A stretch of DNA of 50,155 nt from the NCBI GenBank assembly GCA_010093815.1, contig ML996582.1; one strand, written 5' to 3'. Made by a program: the position numbers and the translations under genes. Origin of the DNA: Pseudovirgaria hyperparasitica. Taxonomy: Eukaryota. This document shows positions 1 through 12,000 of this stretch, in pieces (position 1 is the stretch's first letter; every line of letters starts with the position of its first letter). The notes beneath the pieces are model-generated. The model was given only the letters and a program-made list of their open reading frames with translations. It was not told the DNA's origin and did no database searches.

Positions 1-277
1 ATATTACTAATATTATCTAATTATATATATAAATACTCTATACTCTTATAGAAGTTTCTAGAACCCTCTAGAAACTTCTAGAGGTCTTTAGAAACACGAA
101 CTTCTATAGAGTTCTATTAGGTTCTACTATAGAGTCTATAAGTTCTATAGAGTTCTACTCTACTCTATTCTATTCTAAGGAAACTACTAGAGCTATAGAA
201 CATATACATACATCTAGAGGTCTAGAAGATTCCTATTATTAATTAAGAGAAGGATCTAGAATATATAAGGAGGAATA

Positions 278-451
278 TATAAGGAACGGTCTCTCTATAT
301 ATTTAGTTCTCTCTCAATCTAGTCTTTACTTTAAGAATTATACTATATTCTTATTATCTTTAAGCTATACTCCGCCGATCCGTTTATTATATAATAGTCT
401 ATTACAGCTAGATCCTATTATATAACTCTATTTAGATATATATTCCTTATA
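278..451 (+). mobile_element. RIP-degraded 3' LTR of an LTR retrotransposon that extends left of the window
   Basis: Purine tract AAGGAGGAATA (267-277) is followed by TATAAGGAAC...ATTCCTTATA, consistent with RIPed TGTAAGGAAC...GTTCCTTACA terminal inverted repeats. The surrounding 1-480 is TpA-rich and CpA/TpG-depleted. Confidence 0.45.
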
Positions 452-672
452 TAAGGAATATTATATATCTATTTATACCTGTCCTTTTCACAGTTCTTAA
501 AAGTAACGAGCTTGGACGGAGTACTATTCTTCCATGTCTTATGTATGTTTTACGATGCCCTACACTTAGGTATAGTGGACTGAGGACTACCATGCATGTA
601 TACTTTCACAACTCCATGTACACCTTTTCGCCATCCCTCCATTACTACTCATGATAATTCGTCACAAGTACA

Positions 673-1958
673 TCACATCCGCGCTCCACTCGATACAAAA
701 CCATCCGCCACTGCGGTCATCAACCGATTCGCAATTGCGGTCGGTGGCGGCAATCTCAAATTGCCCTTTTTATACCCTGGGGGAGCATCCTCACCTAAGC
801 CACTCGTTCCATTTTGCAACGCCTCTCGCAGCACGTCCATCGTGTACCACTTCGCATCATCGAGTTCTGGATCATTTCCCAAATCGATCGTCTCCCCGTC
901 CGGAATTGCCTGCCCGATTGCACCAATCATCAAGTTTGCCGGATACGGCCATGGTTGTGTGCTGTGAATGACAACACGCCCAAGCTTGATTCCACTTTCC
1001 TCCCAAACCTCGCGCCGAACCGCTTCTTCAACACTCTCCGCAGGCTCTAGAAAGCCAGCTAGTGTGCTATACCAATATGGAGGCCAGCGCCTCTGGCGTC
1101 CTAGCAGGATACGCTGCGCATCTGCCGACACAACGGCCATAATAACAGTTGGATCCGTCCGCGGGAAGCTCAGGTTAGAGATAGTACCTCGCGTGGCGCA
1201 CGGCTCACGTTCGGTCTTGCTGGCATCATTCACAGCTCCAGCTAGATCCTTAGGTGGACAAGTGCGTTTCCAACCAGCGTTCGTGCTGAGTGTTGGGAAG
1301 CCACAGGAAGCGCAGAAGGGGTTGCGCAAATTCCAGTCGAGCATGTGGCGGGCCTCGGCATAAATAGCTGCATCCTGTGCTGGGAGAGACAGTTCCATGC
1401 GGCTCTTAGAGAACGATAGTCCACGCGATTCGAGTGTAACAATAAGGGCTTCGCATGCTTGTATGACGGACTTACGGGGAGTGAGGTCAATGGCGAAGTA
1501 TGGTGCGCCCGAGTGCGATTTGTAGGTCATGCCGTCCTTGGAGCGTTCATCGAGGCCAAGGAAAATGACCTGGGGCTTGTAGTCTGTGGAATTGAATTGG
1601 TCGATGATATTTTGTTCCGTACGTTGGTAGGGATCACCGATAATGGATTCAAAGTCTGAATAGGGGAGGAGAGCAATTTCGGTAGATCCTTTGATCAGTA
1701 GCTCCATGTTCCTATAGACGAGGAATCTAGATGAGGAGTGGTGGAGGGCAGATGAGAGGAAAGAGTAATCGCTGCGGAGGAAGGAAACGCGATTCAGTGG
1801 TGAGCCTATAGATTTGTCAGTGTAGGTTCTTGTCCCTGATCGCGATAAGACAATTCACCAGCGAAGTAGTTTGCGACCTCTCTTCCAAACTTCCTATTCA
1901 GCATTGAGTCTAGGTTTGCGTGGGCGGGCTCTGGTAGGTCGGATATAGGAAGCGGCAT
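673..1958 (-). CDS. NPY1: NADH pyrophosphatase (NudC-like Nudix hydrolase), probably peroxisomal
   Basis: Exons 1958-1859 and 1805-673; GT..AG intron 1858-1806 restores NYFAGSPLNRVSFLR. Zn ribbon (FCASCG...C), Nudix box (GFLEPAESVEEAVRREVWEESG), QPWPYP motif, and C-terminal ARM (PTS1-like). Confidence 0.93.
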
Positions 1959-2341
1959 GTTATATCTGAGGAGATGGCGTTGTCAATTGAATAATTGAAT
2001 GAAGAAGTGAAGCGAGTCAATAGCTTCGAATAGTGTATTTCCCCAACTCTAATGTTGTATAAAGAAACATGAAATAACCACGTCCACCGAAGTAGACTCA
2101 ATTTTACTAATCAACTGTATGCATATATCCTTAACTCCACGCTCGCCCGAGGTCGGTTGGACGCGTATATAACCATGAGATCATTGGTGACTGTTATGCC
2201 GATATTTTCCCGCTATCGAACCGATAGTATCAGCGCGGCGCGGGAAGGTGACGAGGTCCACGACGGTATTATTGTGGCTCCGCCATGAGCTCTCTCAGAT
2301 CACAACCTCTCAAGCTCGAGACTCCAGCGAGCAAGACCAAT

Positions 2342-3227
2342 ATGAGTCAATTCTATGTCAGTAACTGTGACTACCACAGTAGCCTAAACACTTACTTTTC
2401 AGTTCGGCGACGACTCAAGCTCCAATTCAGACAACGACTCCTTCGACTCCCTGCCCTATCCTCAGCCGCTCCCACGCTCCGACTTTCTACAGCCTAATTT
2501 CTCTGCTGCAGCGTATTTGGGCTCGCTCCAGAATCGACATCAGACACTCGAAGACCTCCGAACTGAGCTCCGCACACGCAGCCAGCAGCTCAATCAGCAA
2601 CTACTCGACCTGGTCAATTCAAATTACCAAGAGTTTCTAGGACTGGGTAGCAGTCTGAAAGGCGGCGGTGAAAGGGTAGAGGAGGTTAGAATGGGGCTGC
2701 TGGGGTTCGAAAAAGATATTGAGGCTGTTAAAAAGAGTGTCCAGGAGAAGAAGAGCCAGGTCGAGGAGGCATTAGACGAGAGGAGGAGAGTTGGGAGATA
2801 CATGCAAGTCGGAAAAGCCCTTCTAGAATATCATGAGAGATTATTAGAGCTGGAGCGACGCCTGTTAGTTAATTCGGAGGAAAAGAACCAAGACGATGAG
2901 AGCGAGAGTGAAGAATCCAGCGAGGACGAAGATGATGATACTGCTCTCATGAGCTTGTGGAGATTACGAAGACATGTACGACAATATTTAGTGCTGAGGG
3001 AAATCTCCACACAACTAGGTGTGGACCATCCCTTCTTGGTCGCGCAAGAGGCACGGATACTCAAAGTTCGGTATACCCTTCTGCTTGATTTGAGTACAGC
3101 CTTGAAACAGGCTCAAGCCACAGGGAGGTCTGCTGACGCGCGAGTGCTGTCTGTCATGTCAGTGTATAGAGACATGGATGAAGGTGGCGAAGCAGTGAAA
3201 GTGTTCCAATCCTTACCGAAAGCATGA
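2342..3227 (+). CDS. COG2: Conserved oligomeric Golgi complex subunit 2
   Basis: Exons 2342-2356 and 2403-3227 (46-nt GTCAGT..CAG intron). MSQFYFGD...LPYPQPLPRSDFL...RHQTLEDLRTELR...LVNSNYQEFLGLG is typical of the fungal COG2 N-terminal domain. Confidence 0.85.
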
Positions 3228-3336
3228 GTAGCTGCGTTCATAGCATAGCGTGGGCGTTAGGCAGAACAATGATGCTAATACAAATGAATGAAGTCTTTAT
3301 ATTCCATGCCTTCACTTTATACAATGCTTCAGACAA

Positions 3337-4433
3337 TTACGTAGCCTCTTCGTCCTTTGATATTCCCTTGGTCACCTCTTCTGGGGGTTTGTATGATTTT
3401 TGCGACGTGTCGAACGCTACAATATCTGACAGGATATAGGCTGGTATCGGTTTTTCGATGAAGTCGACTTCTCTCAATGACTGAGAAGACCGGTAATCCC
3501 CATTTAGACTTATGCCAGGACCTTGGGTGGTACTTAGGACCTGTGCATGTCAGCATATATCATACACAATAGAATGGACATTACTCACCACCTCGTGGAT
3601 CGATTTCTGTATTGAGTCATTCATGGCCGCAATGTCTCGTTTCAGCGCGGCCAAAAAAAACCTCACGTTAGTAGATAATTGCTCGGGCGTAAAGCGCAAT
3701 TGTCCGATCGGCAACCTTATAACACCCATACGTTCCTTATATTCACTTGCCCCAGCCACGCCTTTGATGAGTCCCGCACAATCCGTGGTCACTGTTCCGC
3801 TCTTCACGCTCGGCATCAAGCCCTTCGGACCTAGTATTCTTGCAACCTTCGCAGCATTCAATTTCTGCACCGAATTTGTATGGCATATCACCCGGTCGAA
3901 GTCGATTCTCCCCTGTCTTACATCTTCGAATATCGACTCCTCTCCGACGATATGCGCTCCTGCTTTTCTTGAAGCAATTCCTTGTTTGCTCTCCGGATCA
4001 CAGATGACTGCTATTCTCATATCACTGCGGACAGAATTTGGTAATTTTATACGATTTTTTATTGTTGGGCCGCTTTTGAGCGTATTGATTTTGACGTGAA
4101 GTTCGTACTTTGATCGCTGCTGATCTTTGCCAATCTCGAAACAACGAAGATATCTAGAAACATGTTATTAGATGCGTGCGTGCTAGTGAAGAGAATCGAT
4201 GTGACTTACTGCACAGCGTCAGTCAACGCAAACTGCTCTGCATCTTTCAGATCCCTCACGAGGAAGTGTTTTCTATCGTTCTTCTTCTTGCCGGGTAACT
4301 CCTTCTTCATGCTAGCGCGTCGGACTTGCTGGGAGACGTGGAAGCTGGCAGGACAGCTGCTGACGTGTTGTCGGAAGACGCATCGTGTCGCGGATGAGCT
4401 TAGTCGAGCGGCGCCCGACGGTATAGTGGTCAT
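3337..4433 (-). CDS. MRPL1: Mitochondrial large ribosomal subunit protein uL1m
   Basis: Exons 4433-4210, 4153-3589, 3540-3337 with canonical introns. L1 motifs ARILGPKGLMPS.KSGTV and VVLSTTQGPG. Arg/Ser-rich N-terminus resembles a mitochondrial presequence. Confidence 0.9.
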
Positions 4434-4522
4434 TCCGCCTTGGAAATGGATGACGACAAAGGCATGTACATGAGATTCGATCACGGAGAAGAAAGACCCC
4501 CGAACCTTTTTGGGAACTTGGG

Positions 4523-4606
4523 CACGTGACCCAGCCCTATGCATGGCCCACTTCGCTAAGACAACCTATGTCTTTACTTTACTTTCTGTGCCCCTCTTTT
4601 GAGTCA
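4523..4606. promoter_or_regulatory. Candidate sites in the divergent MRPL1/GUS1 promoter: CACGTGAC (Cbf1-type E-box, 4523-4530) and TGAGTCA (Gcn4/CpcA element, 4600-4606)
   Basis: Exact consensus matches in the 241-bp intergenic region; TGAGTCA ends 68 bp before the GluRS ATG. Confidence 0.4.
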
Positions 4607-4674
4607 TCTGGCTAGAGAAACTCGAATATCTTGTTGCCCTTGAACCCATAACTTAGAACATATACTCAGTCAAT

Positions 4675-6632
4675 ATGACAGGCCATAGTGCTGAGGCTCA
4701 GATTGCAGAATGGATACAGAGGGCCGCTGCCTTGGCTCCAATCAATCTTAAAAGCATTGAGGGCCCTCTTGGAGAACTTGATGCTCACCTCACTCTTCGG
4801 TCCCACATCGTCGGACACAGCCTGACAGATGCTGATGTGACAGTTTGGCAGACTCTTAGAACCAACCATGTTGCCAGCTCATTCCTCAAACGTGGACTAC
4901 TCATCAACCTGACTCGATGGTACAAGTACATCGAGGAGGCTTACCCAGCACACGCGAAGCTTCCGGAGAAGCAGACTAAGGCTGCCAAAGGAGACGAGAA
5001 AGATGAGGGTGGTAACTATGATATCGGTCTTCAAGAGCCCGAGAAAGGTGTGGTCACTCGCTTCCCGCCCGAGCCTAGGTAAGTCTCAAGACCATATAAA
5101 TATATTATTTTCATATCTAACGAGTCATAAGTGGTTATCTGCACATTGGTCACGCAAAGGCTGCTCTCCTAAATGACTACTTTGCACATAAGAAGTACAA
5201 GGGTACTCTACTACTACGTTTCGACGACACCAATCCCTCGAAGGAGAAGCAAGAGTTCCAAGATGCGATTGTAGAGGACCTAGCTTTGATGGGTATCAAG
5301 GCAGATAAAACATCGCATACCAGCGACTATTTCCAGGAGCTCTACGAGTTTTGTGTCACAATGCTCAAAGAGGGCACCGCTTACGCTGACGACACCGACC
5401 AGGAGACGATGCGCGCCGAACGCATGGATGGCATTGCCTCCAAGCGCCGTGACAGCTCCCCTAAGGATAACCTCGCACACTTCGAGGAGATGAAGAAGGG
5501 TAACGAAGAAGGCATCCGCTGGTGTATCCGAGCGAAGATGTCCATCGACAACCCCAATAAAGCGATGCGGGACCCGGTCATATACCGCTGTAACCCTGAA
5601 GCACATCATCGTACCGGCACGACCTGGAAAATCTACCCGACCTATGACTTTTGTTGCCCAATCATCGATGCGCACGAAGGAGTGACCCACGCTCTGCGTA
5701 CTACCGAGTACAAAGACCGTGATGCCCAGTATCAATGGTTCATTAAGACTCTAAACCTCCGCAACGTATACAATTGGGACTTTGCGCGAATGAATTTTGT
5801 CCGCACTCTACTTTCAAAGCGCAAATTGACCAAGCTAGTCGATGCCGGTACGGTCTGGGGGTGGGATGACCCACGCATGCCCACCGTACGCGGCATCCGT
5901 CGCCGCGGCATGACCATACCCGCTCTTCAGGAGTTCATCCTCAAACAAGGCCCTTCTAAGAACATTGTCAACCTCGACTGGACTACCTTCTGGGCGACGA
6001 ACAAGAAATTTATCGACCCTGTCGCAGGCCGCTACACGGCAGTCGACAAGACTGACATGGTGAAGTGCGTTGTAAATGGCGCGCGCGAGGCTCCGTACGC
6101 CGAGGAGAAGCCACTTCATGCAAAGAACAAGGATGTCGGTGTCAAAAAAGTATATTATAGTCAGGAGATCCTGCTCGACCAGGAAGACGCGCAGAGCTTT
6201 GCTGCTAACGAGGAAATCACGCTAATGAACTGGGGCAACGCAATTGTGCGTCAAATCAGCCATTCCCTAAACCCTCTTAGTAGTCAGAAAGTCGTTGGGA
6301 TCCACCTTGAACTGCACCTGCAAGGTGACGTGCGCAAGACGAATAAAAAGATCACCTGGCTCAGCTCGAATCAGGAACTGGTGCCAATTGAGCTTGTTGA
6401 CTTTGACTTTATCATTAGCAAGGATAAGCTTGACGAGGATGATAATTGGGAAGATTTCATTACGCCGCAGACGGAATTCCGTAAGGACGCTGTGGCGGAC
6501 GAGAATGTAGCGAAGTTGAAGGAGGGAGATATCATTCAATTTGATCGCAAGGGGTATTTCAGAATTGATCGTGCATTTAGCTATGGGCAGCCAGCTGTCG
6601 CTTTCCAGATTCCTACGGGTAAAACGAAGTGA
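4675..6632 (+). CDS. GUS1: Cytoplasmic glutamyl-tRNA synthetase
   Basis: Exons 4675-5078 and 5132-6632. The intron (GTAAGT..CTAAC..AAG) joins RFPPEPS|GYLHIGHAK (HIGH motif). Also LLSKRKL (KMSKS-like), GWDDPRMPT, and an N-terminal GST-like domain. Confidence 0.95.
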
Positions 6633-7157
6633 CGCGTGGTATAGGAACTCGGGTAGCAAAACCTCTAGGTCAAGAGCGGATTGAGGCTGGCATACAAGTC
6701 GCGGCACTTGGTGGTAATCGATGACTATGCTGGATTGATTGTATATACATTACTCTCAGCATGCTACTATAGAAGCTGCGCATTATCCTGGCACTATGAA
6801 CATGTCGTGGAACACATAATAATCATGGGAGTGCCAATATCGGTGGGTTGAGGCCTTAATCGCCCCTTTTCTTTAAAGAGCACGTTCAAGTCTGGTCGTT
6901 ATATTTCTGTTCATACGTGATTATAGACTGGTAGTCGATGATACGACAATTGATAGTGTCAAATTTGTTTGACACCACAACAACTATTTACTCCTAGTTG
7001 TTTGCAATGCAGTATCGAGTGTTCCGACTATCAAAAACAGAAGCCGAATGTTGTCCCCCCATATAGCTGTAAGTTACGACAGGTGTGACCAACACCACCA
7101 ACAAAGTGACACTCTCTGTTACGAGTCTTCCCAGTGGTGCTTGACGCAAGGTGCAGT

Positions 7158-8015
7158 CTACCATTGCACATCACCACCAACAGCGCTACCCCAACCATCA
7201 CTAGGAATGAGAGGGACGACTCCATCGGCGTCACCACCATCGGCCCAACAACCAACAGCTGTTGGGGCGGCCCGTTCACCCGTCGGAGGAGCAGACTCAC
7301 CACCGAATCCTCCACTACCGCCACCCAAGGCGTCGATTCCATCGTTCTCATTGATCGGCTCCTTACACCTTTTCATAGTATGTCCCTTCTTGTGACAGTT
7401 ATTGCACTCCACGCGACTCCAATCCTTGGGCTCGGTGCAGTCCTTTGCACGGTGGCCTTGCTGATCGCAATTTCGACACTGGAAGGATGCTTCGGAGCGC
7501 GGTTCGGTGCATTCTTTTGCAAAATGACCTTCTTGGTTGCAATTACGGCAGGATATAGAGGATTGTGCGGTGGGGCAATCCTTGGCCATGTGACCCTCTG
7601 TGATATGGTCAGGTAAGATGAGATATGAGACGAGGAAGACACATACTCTGGTTGCATTTGCGGCATTCCATGTTACGCAAGGAGCGTGGCTCGGTACACT
7701 CAGTCTTACGATGACCAGCTGTGCGGTTTATTAGCACTCACTCACGTCTACAAGGGAGGTTACTCTCCACTTACGCTGTCCACAGTTAAAGCAACCATCA
7801 GCAGTGAGCTCCGCAGCAAGTGGAGTAATGTCCCATGTTCCACCAAGCTCCATCCCTTCTTCAGGCTTCGAAAGCGCTGCTACCTTGGCCTTATGGCCTT
7901 TTCCAAACAAGTGGGCCTTGTGGTCCTTGTATTTCATGGATTTATTGCAAGTCTCACAGAAATAGTCGGTGGGAAGGATGTTTTTGAGCTTTGGCCAAGG
8001 GTTGGAATCCATCAT
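7158..8015 (-). CDS. CCHC zinc-knuckle nucleic-acid-binding protein (CnjB/CNBP-like) with an N-terminal C2H2 finger
   Basis: Exons 8015-7775, 7718-7647, 7597-7158 give five CX2CX4HX4C knuckles (CFNCGQPGHRKTEC, CRKCNQKGHMAKDC, CRNCNQEGHFAKEC, CRNCDQQGHRAKDC, CNNCHKKGHTMKRC) and a Gly/Trp-rich tail. Confidence 0.85.
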
Positions 8016-9002
8016 GGAAGTTATAGTAGTTTAACCGCGTGACGTGAGAGAATTTGAGTAAAGCCTTAAGTAGGACTTAGCGAGGTGTTGTGAAAGTTGT
8101 CGTGAGATACTACGCGTTGGGCACACAAAGAAGGTGAGCAAAGAAAGACGTCAGAAAAAACGTCTAACCAGAGGCAGTGATAAGTATCAAGGCAAAGTAT
8201 TGGAGGTTGTTCGACGGAGAGATGTCAGAGAAGTAAGAGGCGAAGGTGAAAAAGAAAGACCGATGACACAGGCTCAGTCAAGTAAACAGCCCATCCGCGT
8301 GACCTTACGGAGTATACATGACAGATGAAAAGAACGCGAATGATACCGTTAGTAAGGAACGCAGTACTTGCTCTTCACTTCACTTCCGTTCCTATGGCCA
8401 TGGGAAGAGTCCTGATCTGGACAGTGGCCCCACCAAAGACAAACAATATCGTTACACAACCTCCAGGCAGGCTCATACCTGACAATATTTACCCTAGCTC
8501 TACCTACTACCTGGGGATAAGCTCGGCACCATTAGGCCTTGCTTAATAGGTATGGGACAATGATAAGAATCATCCAACAGTGGATGAACTTGGAAGAAGC
8601 GACGGTGACGTAACACGAAATAGTTGATTGCACTCTCCTCCTATATGATTGATCTGGCCTATGTGATACTTCGATAGCATCGCGTTTGTCCGCGGACCAT
8701 ACAGCCTATATAAGCCAAGGAAATTCGTGACATGCACTGTGAGGCGCTTCTAGGAATAGAAGAGCCGCGAAACTTAGTCATCAGCATTACAAATGATTGA
8801 ACATATACAAAGGTGTGGCCAAGCAATAGAATGAGGCCACGGATATAGTAAAGAGATGTAGGATGAACAGCAGTCTGACTCACACCTTTCGCTATGCATC
8901 GCAATAAGCAAGCAACAAACGCTAAAATCCAGTCTAATTGTAGCCCGAGGGAATCAGAAGGCGACACATGATAAGCAAGGTATCACTTTCTAATGTTTGC
9001 AT

Positions 9003-12000
9003 TTAGGAAATGCGCTCCATGTCTTCTCGTTGGCGAAGATATTTGCGTGCAAGCTCATCGCCACCGTTCATGCTCATCTCCATCCAGTGTTGTGCTACGC
9101 ACATGGTGATGGGATCGCTACGTGTAGGATCTTCCCTTTTACTGCCGCGATCGCGATTGAGAAGCTCCGCCTTGAATACGTCCTTAGGTCTGGTGAGAGG
9201 AAGGATTGTGCGTATCTGCAAAAGATCGGGATGTGTAAGATAGAAGATAGCCAACTCGCGCTCGGCGACGGCATCACCTTCCTTAGCTGTGATGACAAGC
9301 ATGCGTGCTGCATCTTCCATACTGAACCGTGGTGCTGGGCTATCAGGGCCTTCCGCTCCTGTATTATTGATGGAGGATAGTGTTGAGCTCGTTTTGCTAG
9401 ATCCCGCGCCATCGGATCCTGTGCTGTTTGCTGTTTGGTGAGTGCCACGATTTTGTGTGTTGTATACCACAATCTCATCAGCAATCTCGACCATAACTCT
9501 GCAGACATCCTCCTTGAGGCCTAGAGCCGCTAGTCCAGCGTCCCAGAATGCTTTCCCTCGCGCAGATTTGTCTAACATTGATGCAGGAACAAAGGCGGCT
9601 ATGTACTGTAAGTCACGGAAAAGAGTTCTGGGGCGAATCTCTGCATCCCGGAAGAGGCCTTGCAACACTTCAACTATCATATCAGTGCTGGGTGGACCGC
9701 CGGGTGACTTTGTTCCAGAACGAGGTATTGGTGAGCTCGTGCCATATCCAATATCCGATTGCAGATTCATGGAATGTGAGCGACGTTCTTCACAATTAGC
9801 AATGGCTTCCTGAAGATTCGCAGCTCGCTGAACGGGAGCGACTGGCTCTCTTGAGCTGAGCTCTGGGACGGATCCCAAGGTTGGCGACTGGGGCACTGTT
9901 GGGAGAGGCTGCCGATTGTTAAATTGCCGGTTGGAACGAGACGACAGAGACGCGATGATAATGAGTTCCAGCTCGTACAAGGCATGCAGCTTCGAGAAAG
10001 GATTTGGATGAGTCGCGAATTTGCGGAGTAATCGACGGAATGCCATGTTGTAAGGGAATTCAAGCAGTCCCGCTCGCTTTGCAGCAGACAGAGAAGAACG
10101 AGCTGTCGCATCGCTTGCCGACGAGGACTGTTCGCCGCCAGATTGGTTATCCGTGGCATGCTGGAGTGTGGCTAGGGAAGTAGATGGTGGAGCGCGCTCA
10201 TTGCGGCCAAGTGTTTCCAAGGGACCTCCGGCATTCCGATGCTGGTCCGCTTTCACGGCACGAATGCTCTTCATACTCTTCTTCCGGGCCAATTTCTGTT
10301 TTCGCCTGCGTTCTTCTTCCTCCTTTCGGGCGATGCACTCTTCTCCGAGGTCGCCTGAAAACCAGGAATCGGTCTCGCTGCCATGACCGAATACTAATGT
10401 CCCTAGATCGCTTAGGAGTAAGCCGGTCAATGACTGCTTCAGGTCCAGAAGGAATCTTCTCTTCTCCTCATTGACCGAAGAAGACTGCTTCAGCATCACT
10501 GTGCCTTTGGAAGACGTAGCTGTTTGTGGTCTGATACTTGTGGAGCTAGAAGGGGACTCAGCTTGACCCTGGAATGGCGACCAAAAAGTACTGGTCGTAT
10601 CAATGGTCAGAACTGGATTGGACGGCCCAAAGTAGTCTTGCGAATCTAAGAGATCCACTGTCTTTGCTGTGTTCCACTTGCTAGAGTCAAAGCTCTGCTG
10701 CGAGCCGTTGCGGTGGGAGATGGATCGCAAGCTACCCATGCTAGGACGCTGAGCAAAGTCCAGACTACGTGACCCTGGGCGATTGGTCTCGTACTCCTCA
10801 TCGCGAGCAATAGAGAGTGTGCCAACGCCAGTCAGAAACAAATCCCCCTTCTGTCGCCCGCTGTCGAGGATATCTTTGTCGCGACGATAGAGCTCGCTTG
10901 ACCACAGCACTGGGCCATCCATTACACCCTCACCAACAAGTTTGTTCACGCATCTGTCAATTTCGAGACAGAACCGATGGATTCGTTCCTCGCCTTTGCA
11001 AAAATTTTCGATTGCATATTGGGAAAGCCATTTGGCTGTCATCTCTGATTGATCATCGCCTAGTTTGTTCGGACCTCCAAACTCGGCCTGCGCGGCAATC
11101 AAGTCGACAACTTGTGACTCTGTCTTTAACAAGAAGTTGTTCGTAGATGATCGGGAAAACGTGCGTGGTTTGTGAGATTGGAGAGGCTTTCCGCCAATGG
11201 TTTTCGTTGGCTGGCCCATCATCTTTAACGCGACAGCAACATTTTTGGCCTCCTCGTACCGGGCTGAATTGCGCACGTCAGTGATATACCACATTTTGTC
11301 TCTGAGGCTCTTGAGACCGAACATCATATCCTCAATGGTGCCGTCATGTCGCTCTTGTGATGTATTCAACCATACAAACCAAGCTTCGAACTCGGCGATA
11401 GCCGAAGCTGCTTTGCCCAAGGAATCACGTGGACCCCGAGAAAAGTAATTCAACAGAGCAGCGTAGCCATTCTTCATCAATGTGGGGGATTGCAGCCGTT
11501 TCAGCTGCTCGATCGTCTTGAAATAGATGTGCGCGTTCACATAGTCTGACCTGGCCTGACATTGTGTCATAGCAGCCTCAAGCATTGTAAGCAGAACAGG
11601 CTGTCGCTCCTGGGATTGATCACCGGAATCTGGATTACTGCCACTTCGTTGATGTTGTGGAGATCTTTGTCGTCCTGGTGTCATATTCCTTGATTCCGCT
11701 ATGAGGCTGGTTAAATTGCTTTGACTAAGGTAAGGATTTTTCGATTGCAGATGCTCGCTTTGTGCTCGAGCAAAAGTGCGAGCGTGTCTTCGATGAGTGG
11801 ATGTCCGGTTACTGAACTCCTTAGACTCACTCTCTGGTGCTAGCTCCTTAGGTATCTCATATTCCTCAACTAATTTAGCAATGTTCTGCTTCAATTGATG
11901 GTAGTCAGCCTCCAAATCGATGCTTGACTGACCCTCATCTTCGCTGTCGCTGTCAGGAGAATCATCGTCATGTTCGTCCTCGTCATCACTGTCCTTGTGC

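Noticed and set aside
441..460. 20-bp palindrome TATTCCTTATATAAGGAATA
   Set aside because: Sits at an LTR end in AT-rich RIPed DNA, single occurrence; probably chance or a junction effect.
8016..9002. Small ORFs between the zinc-knuckle gene and the large gene
   Set aside because: No recognisable features; likely promoter and 3'UTR sequence.
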